Assembly: GCF_900232105.1 (NCBI RefSeq)
Contig: NZ_LT934425.1
Span: 1,410,001 to 1,442,000, forward strand
DNA from: Candidatus Kuenenia stuttgartensis
GTDB taxonomy: Bacteria; Planctomycetota; Brocadiia; Brocadiales; Brocadiaceae
Direction of reading: 5' to 3'
DNA: 32,000 nt
In this document: positions 27,080 through 32,000 of the stretch, piece after piece
Layout of the letters: each line of letters opens with the position of its first letter
Numbering within the stretch: position 1 is the first letter of the stretch
Program-made: the position numbers and the translations under genes
The notes under the pieces: model-generated
Databases searched by the model: none
Seen by the model: only the letters and a program-made list of their open reading frames with translations
Told to the model about the DNA's origin: nothing

Positions 27080-29041
27080 TTAATGATGCCCGGCAGGTTT
27101 ACATTCCTGCTCCAACGCTCTTCGTTCCGCCATATCGTAAAGCTTCCTTTCTTTCTTTACGTTTATACCAAGAGCCTCTCTTTTCATTTCGATATGGTCC
27201 ATCAACATCTTGCCGATTTTCTTTATATCCTGCTGGAAATCCCATCTTGCGCCTACCTGTTCTTCCAATTCCTTTGTGAGCAGGTTCTGCAAGTCAGGCG
27301 CACCGGCAACCGGGGAATTCATACCAAATACAGTATAAATTCCGGAAGCTACCAAAAACTGCCCGATAGCGATAGCCTTTTCGCTCATCCACTCCAGACA
27401 TGCCCCTGCTACGGGGAGGTCGCTGATATCATTCCCCAGGCCGCCCTCTTTTGCCATTTCAGAACAGGCAATAAGAATGCGGCTGTTATCCACACAGGCG
27501 CCGGAATGCAGGACTGGTGGTATGCCGACCGCCTCGCAAACCTCTTTTAATCCCGCCCCGCACTGATCTTTTAATTCGGGGAGCATCAGACCGCCGGAGG
27601 CGCATTGTCCTGCTGCACAACCGGTTGCAACAACCAGGATATTGTTTGCAATGAGTTCCTTCGCCAAATCAACATACGATTGTGTGCATTCTCCGGCTTT
27701 CGGGCTTGTACAGCCTGCAATCCCAACAACGCCCCGGATCCTTCCGTTGATGATATTATCATTTAAAGGCCGGTAACTTGCCCTAAACCTTCCCCCAAGC
27801 ATATATTTAATTGTTTCATGGCTAAATCCTGCAATAAGGTTAGGTTCGGAAGCGTCCGGGATAAACACCTTTTTTTTATCACGATTTTTGTAATTACCGA
27901 TGGCCATAAGGATTATTTTTTTGGCGGACTCCAATGCATTTTCATCTTCAAATTCAACGTGTTCCGCACCGGAGATTTTTGCTTTGGATAATGTAGTGAC
28001 GAGCTTTGTGTGGAAATGTTTTGCCGTTTCCGCAAGCGCCTGCATTACGCATTGGATATCAACAACCATCACCTCCACAACCCCGGTTGCCATTGCCCCC
28101 TCCTGCATCGTCATGTGTCCCGCCATTGGGATGCCATGCCGAACAAGAAGCTCGTTTGCGGTACAACAGAGACCGGCAATCACAATGCCTTTTGCGCCCA
28201 CTGCCGCCACTGCTTTTTCGATATCGGGGCCAGTGGAAGCCATAACAATTGCTTCCGCAAGCTGAGGCTCGTGTCCGTGAACAACGATATTTACGTAATC
28301 CTTCTTCAACACGCCAAGGTTTGCTCTTCCCTGTACCGGCTTAGGAGTTCCAAACAGAATGTCCTGAAGTTCGGTGGCAATCATACTACCGCCCCAGCCA
28401 TCTGCAAGAGATACACGCATCGCCTGCTTTGTAAGATTCCTGTAATCCTGGTCTCCACCCATGCCGGTACGGTGCATGCTTTCTGTGACCTCCCGGTCAA
28501 TAGCCCTGGATGCAATTCCTAATTTTTCCCATATCTTTTGGCGTGCCGCAGGGGCACGTTTGAGAAACAAAAGCGTTCCGTAAGGTTTTCCGAACTCCAT
28601 TAATGCCATCTCTCCAACTTCTTCGGCAATTTCGTTTATTTCCCTGTCCTTGGTTTTAATATCAAAACACTCGGCAATCATTTTAAGTTTTTCTACATCT
28701 TTTATGCGGTAACCGGGGGCCTCGCCCCTTGCCGTTGCAACTAAAAGATGGGCAACCGCACGTCCATGATCAGAATGGCACGCAGTTCCCGCAGCACTCA
28801 TACGAAGGAAATGCCTTGCGGCAAAAGTATTTGCATCTGCACCGCAAATGCCTCTTTTAGGACCAGGGCCAAACGGATCTATATTGCATGGTCCGTAGTT
28901 GCAATGTCTGCAACATAGAGCAAGGCTTCCATAGCCGCATTGCGGCTGCTGAGCCTTGTATCTGTCATACATAGTCTCAATCTTCGATTCACGCATTTTA
29001 TCAAGCATTATTTGGTCTGTTGTCTTTTGTTTATCTTCCAT
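27080..29041 (-). CDS. acsA: Anaerobic carbon-monoxide dehydrogenase catalytic subunit
   Basis: 653 aa; 'CGYGSLALCCRHCNYGPCNIDPFG', 'GICGADANTFAARHF', downstream C-cluster Cys/His residues; CooS family. Confidence 0.96.
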   Translation of the reverse strand: MEDKQKTTDQIMLDKMRESKIETMYDRYKAQQPQCGYGSLALCCRHCNYGPCNIDPFGPGPKRGICGADANTFAARHFLRMSAAGTACHSDHGRAVAHLLVATARGEAPGYRIKDVEKLKMIAECFDIKTKDREINEIAEEVGEMALMEFGKPYGTLLFLKRAPAARQKIWEKLGIASRAIDREVTESMHRTGMGGDQDYRNLTKQAMRVSLADGWGGSMIATELQDILFGTPKPVQGRANLGVLKKDYVNIVVHGHEPQLAEAIVMASTGPDIEKAVAAVGAKGIVIAGLCCTANELLVRHGIPMAGHMTMQEGAMATGVVEVMVVDIQCVMQALAETAKHFHTKLVTTLSKAKISGAEHVEFEDENALESAKKIILMAIGNYKNRDKKKVFIPDASEPNLIAGFSHETIKYMLGGRFRASYRPLNDNIINGRIRGVVGIAGCTSPKAGECTQSYVDLAKELIANNILVVATGCAAGQCASGGLMLPELKDQCGAGLKEVCEAVGIPPVLHSGACVDNSRILIACSEMAKEGGLGNDISDLPVAGACLEWMSEKAIAIGQFLVASGIYTVFGMNSPVAGAPDLQNLLTKELEEQVGARWDFQQDIKKIGKMLMDHIEMKREALGINVKKERKLYDMAERRALEQECKPAGHH

Positions 29042-29110
29042 GACACATCCTCCAATATTTTATTTGTGAAAAATTACCGTCAGGCCCTAGTAAATGTATG
29101 CAAAGGGCCT

Positions 29111-29134
29111 AACTTCTCAACTTATTGAGAAGTT
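29111..29134. promoter_or_regulatory. Perfect hairpin AACTTCTCAA-CTTA-TTGAGAAGTT in the acsA 5' leader
   Basis: 10-bp perfect arms about 70 bp upstream of the acsA start; no following T-tract on the minus strand. Confidence 0.5.
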
Positions 29135-29240
29135 GCCGAAGAAACGCCTACTATCTATTTCATCTCCCTGATAAAGAAGATAGAAACATTAATTATAATT
29201 GTTCATATATTGAAATCAAGTTAAAAGAACACTACTTTTT

Positions 29241-30014
29241 TTACTTCTCTTTAACAATCTCCTCTAACTTGTTTTTAATTTGGCAGATTTCTTCTAACAA
29301 TTTGTTGTTTTCCGCGAAAGCGGCTATTCCCTTAATATCAGATTCGAGTATTTTCTCATCATATGAAATAAACCCCAAAAGGGGAATACCATCAAGTCCA
29401 TTTTGAATGAAAGCCTTATGCTCTTCGGAAGCTACTTTATTACCCACCGCATAAACAGAGGTAAGACCGATATCTTCAGCCAGTTTTTTTACCTGAAACG
29501 CCGTTTGTATACTTTTAGAACCAGGTTCTACTATTACGATCAATACATCTACGGCTTTTACGGTGGCCCGCCCCAAATGTTCCACGCCTGCTTCCATATC
29601 TACAAGGACGACCTCGTCTCTTTGCACTATCAAATGGCTAAGCAGTGTTCTCAAAAACGCACTTTCCGGGCAGGCGCATCCGCTGCCACCATGCTTTATG
29701 GCGCCCAATACCATTAGCTTGATGCCCTCATGTTCCAGAGAAAGTTTTTCCGGTAAATCAGAAACAGTGGGGTTTAATTTAAAAAATTTACCATACTCAT
29801 CTGATGCGCCCGTACGTTCTTTTATCAAGTCCTTCATCTGGCTGATGGGGATTATTTCAGACCCCTTCATAAAACCAAGCGTCACCGCCAGGTTAGATAC
29901 CGGATCAGCATCAATGGCAATGACTTTCTTTCCGGCTTCTTTAAACACCTTCGCCAATGCCGCAACGAAAGTCGTTTTTCCCACCCCTCCCTTCCCTGAT
30001 ATCGCAATTTTCAT
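29241..30014 (-). CDS. cooC: CooC-type Ni-insertion ATPase, paralogue 2
   Basis: 'MKIAISGKGGVGKTTFVAALAKVF' deviant Walker A, CooC family; adjacent to acsA. Confidence 0.92.
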   Translation of the reverse strand: MKIAISGKGGVGKTTFVAALAKVFKEAGKKVIAIDADPVSNLAVTLGFMKGSEIIPISQMKDLIKERTGASDEYGKFFKLNPTVSDLPEKLSLEHEGIKLMVLGAIKHGGSGCACPESAFLRTLLSHLIVQRDEVVLVDMEAGVEHLGRATVKAVDVLIVIVEPGSKSIQTAFQVKKLAEDIGLTSVYAVGNKVASEEHKAFIQNGLDGIPLLGFISYDEKILESDIKGIAAFAENNKLLEEICQIKNKLEEIVKEK

Positions 30015-30253
30015 ATACCTTCCTCATACTCTGCGAAAATGGATCTTCATCAAAGAAACAAAGCCTCAGATACTGAATACCAAACGCACTAATATGCAAC
30101 AATTACATATTAGAAATCACTACAGCATTAATTTTAGCAAATTATCTGTTTAATTACCAAGCAAAATTACTGAAATAACCGCCGGGTTACTATTTATAGT
30201 TTAAGTTTTTTATAAATCTTTATTCTTCATAATACTTTCATGGAACATGACAA

Positions 30254-30760
30254 CTACTCCAGACCCAGCTTTGCCCTCAACCCCTGATCTTTCCTGGAAA
30301 CAGCATTAGAGAGTTGCTTTTTATACATAACTATTTTTTGCCTCAAAGCCGGATTCGCAACACTTAATATCTGTATTGCCAGTATTGCGGCGTTAATTGC
30401 CCCTGCCTTTCCAATACCCATGGTAGAAACGGGGACGCCAGATGGCATTTGTACGGTAGAAAGAAGCGAATCCAAACCTCCCAATTCTGGCGTTGGCATA
30501 GGAATTCCGATAACAGGAACAGGCGTCAGGCTGGCAATTACCCCTGCCAGATGTGCAGCCCCCCCCGCCCCAACAATGATTACTTCGTATTTTTTTTCGG
30601 CTTCCAAAGCATAAGAATGGGCACGTTCCGGTGAACGATGGGCAGATATGACATTTACATCGAAATCCAATCCAAATTCTCTTAACGTTTGTACAGCCTC
30701 TTTAATTATTGGCACGTCTGAATCACTACCCATTACTATACCAATCTTTTTCATTTTCAT
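30254..30760 (-). CDS. purE: N5-carboxyaminoimidazole ribonucleotide mutase
   Basis: 'IGIVMGSDSDVPIIKEAVQTLREFGLDFDVNVISAHRSP' and 'GVIASLTPVPVIGIPM' signatures. Confidence 0.95.
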   Translation of the reverse strand: MKMKKIGIVMGSDSDVPIIKEAVQTLREFGLDFDVNVISAHRSPERAHSYALEAEKKYEVIIVGAGGAAHLAGVIASLTPVPVIGIPMPTPELGGLDSLLSTVQMPSGVPVSTMGIGKAGAINAAILAIQILSVANPALRQKIVMYKKQLSNAVSRKDQGLRAKLGLE

Positions 30761-30815
30761 AATTTATCCGCCCAAAAAACCGGTAAATCAATGTATTTGA
30801 ATACCCTCACCGTTT

Positions 30816-30848
30816 AACCCTGACAGGGTTCCAAACCCTGTCAGGGTT
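30816..30848. repeat. Paired 15-bp palindromes AACCCTGACAGGGTT-CCA-AACCCTGTCAGGGTT
   Basis: Direct reading; between purE start and fdhA stop. Confidence 0.9.
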
Positions 30849-30926
30849 GTTTCATTCATATACTGGTGAAGCATATATACAATCGCTGCTATATCTCTGA
30901 AATAAAAATATAATCGTAGTGTTTGT

Positions 30927-32000
30927 TTACATTTTCTCTACCTTAACGGCACACACCTTATACTCCGGTGTAAGCGCAAGCATATCTTCTCCAGGCCCAG
31001 TTAACACATTCGTCGGTGTTTCAGGATAATGGAAGGACAGGAATACGCTTCCCAACCGGGATTTCTCCGTTAACTCCGTCTTTACTTCCAGCGAACCTCG
31101 CCTCGAAGATACTTTGACCTTCTCGCCTGATTTTATATCCAGTTTCGCCGCATCCGCCGGATGTATTTCCATAAACTCCTCAGAGTTTATGGCGCATATC
31201 TCCGGATTCCTCAAGGACATCGAACCATTATTATACTGATACAGCCGCCGACCGGTTGTCAGCAATAACGGATACTCCTCGTCCGGCAATTCTTCTGAAG
31301 GGGTATACATCAGGTCGTTAAACATCCCCCGCCCCCTTTTAAAGGTGTCTTTATGCAGTATCGGCGTTCCGGGATGATTCATGTCCCACACAGGCCACAC
31401 TAACCCGTCTCCCTCCAGACGCTTGTAATTAATACCCGCCATATCAGGCGTCAGCTTCGCTATCTCATCCATAATCTCACTCGGATGATTATAACTCATA
31501 GGGTATCCCATTGCCGTGGCGATTGAACAAATAATATCCCAGTCCGATTTCGTTCCCTCCGGCAACGGTATAGCCTTATGTAGCCTCCGTACTCTTCTCT
31601 CCGCATTGGTAAACGTACCATCCTTCTCAAAGTAACAACTCGTTGGCAATACCACATGCGCAAGTTTCGCCGTCTCTGTCATGAATAGCTCCTGCACTAC
31701 CAGAAATTCAAGCTTGCTTATTGATGCCCTTACCTTGTTTATATCCGCCTGTGATATCGCCGGGTCATAGCCTATTATATACATCGCCTTCAAATCCCCG
31801 GATTCTATCGCACGGTACATCTGCGGCTCTTTCAAACCGGGCTTCTCCGGAAGCTTCTTTACCTTCCATGCTTCAGCATGCTTACGGTTGGCTTCCGGAT
31901 CGTCCACCCTCTGGTAACATGCATATACGTCCGGCAATGCACCCATATCACACGACCCCTGTACGTTGTTCTGCCCACGCAGAGGGTTTATACCCGTATT
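30927..32000 (-). CDS. fdhA: Formate dehydrogenase alpha subunit, C-terminal part; open at right window edge
   Basis: The reading frame continues upstream of 31946 to the window edge as NTGINPLRGQNNVQGSCD|MGALPDVYA, a molybdopterin FdhA motif; C-terminal molydopterin-binding domain follows. Confidence 0.93.
   Translation of the reverse strand, partial: NTGINPLRGQNNVQGSCDMGALPDVYACYQRVDDPEANRKHAEAWKVKKLPEKPGLKEPQMYRAIESGDLKAMYIIGYDPAISQADINKVRASISKLEFLVVQELFMTETAKLAHVVLPTSCYFEKDGTFTNAERRVRRLHKAIPLPEGTKSDWDIICSIATAMGYPMSYNHPSEIMDEIAKLTPDMAGINYKRLEGDGLVWPVWDMNHPGTPILHKDTFKRGRGMFNDLMYTPSEELPDEEYPLLLTTGRRLYQYNNGSMSLRNPEICAINSEEFMEIHPADAAKLDIKSGEKVKVSSRRGSLEVKTELTEKSRLGSVFLSFHYPETPTNVLTGPGEDMLALTPEYKVCAVKVEKM

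Noticed and set aside
25695-29128. Multiple plus-strand ORFs (e.g. 25695-26174, 26529-27047, 27083-27550, 28010-28522)
   Set aside because: Antisense shadows of the strongly conserved acsB and acsA genes.

Overview
The coding content reads on the minus strand, apart from spurious repeat-derived or shadow plus-strand ORFs. The right half (about 16.8-32 kb) is a Wood-Ljungdahl / CO dehydrogenase-acetyl-CoA synthase cluster: acsE, acsD, a CooC-like ATPase, a ferredoxin-ASKHA corrinoid-activator-like protein, acsC, a clpP paralogue, acsB, acsA/cooS, a second cooC, purE, and the C-terminal part of a formate dehydrogenase alpha subunit that runs off the right edge. The middle (about 7-16.2 kb) holds trkH, trkA, a HEAT-repeat protein, a PfkB-family kinase, a CheV-like protein and a YbgC-like thioesterase. 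The left 7 kb is repeat-rich accessory DNA. It contains a tandemly duplicated RAYT-type (Y1/HUH) transposase module flanked by inverted arrays of a 26-bp unit, four tandem paralogues of a small signal-peptide/coiled-coil/TM protein differing in heptad number, a RelE-like toxin-antitoxin pair and a tRNA-Val(UAC). Several repeat families lie between genes, including a ~400-bp element with ~36-bp terminal inverted repeats present in opposite orientations on either side of the acsE-acsC block. The gene complement and repeat style suggest an anammox-type planctomycete, but that is inference only. No completely new multi-gene system can be demonstrated from sequence alone. The best candidates are the RAYT/26-bp array module, the variable-heptad paralogue array, and the inverted TIR elements bracketing the acs genes.
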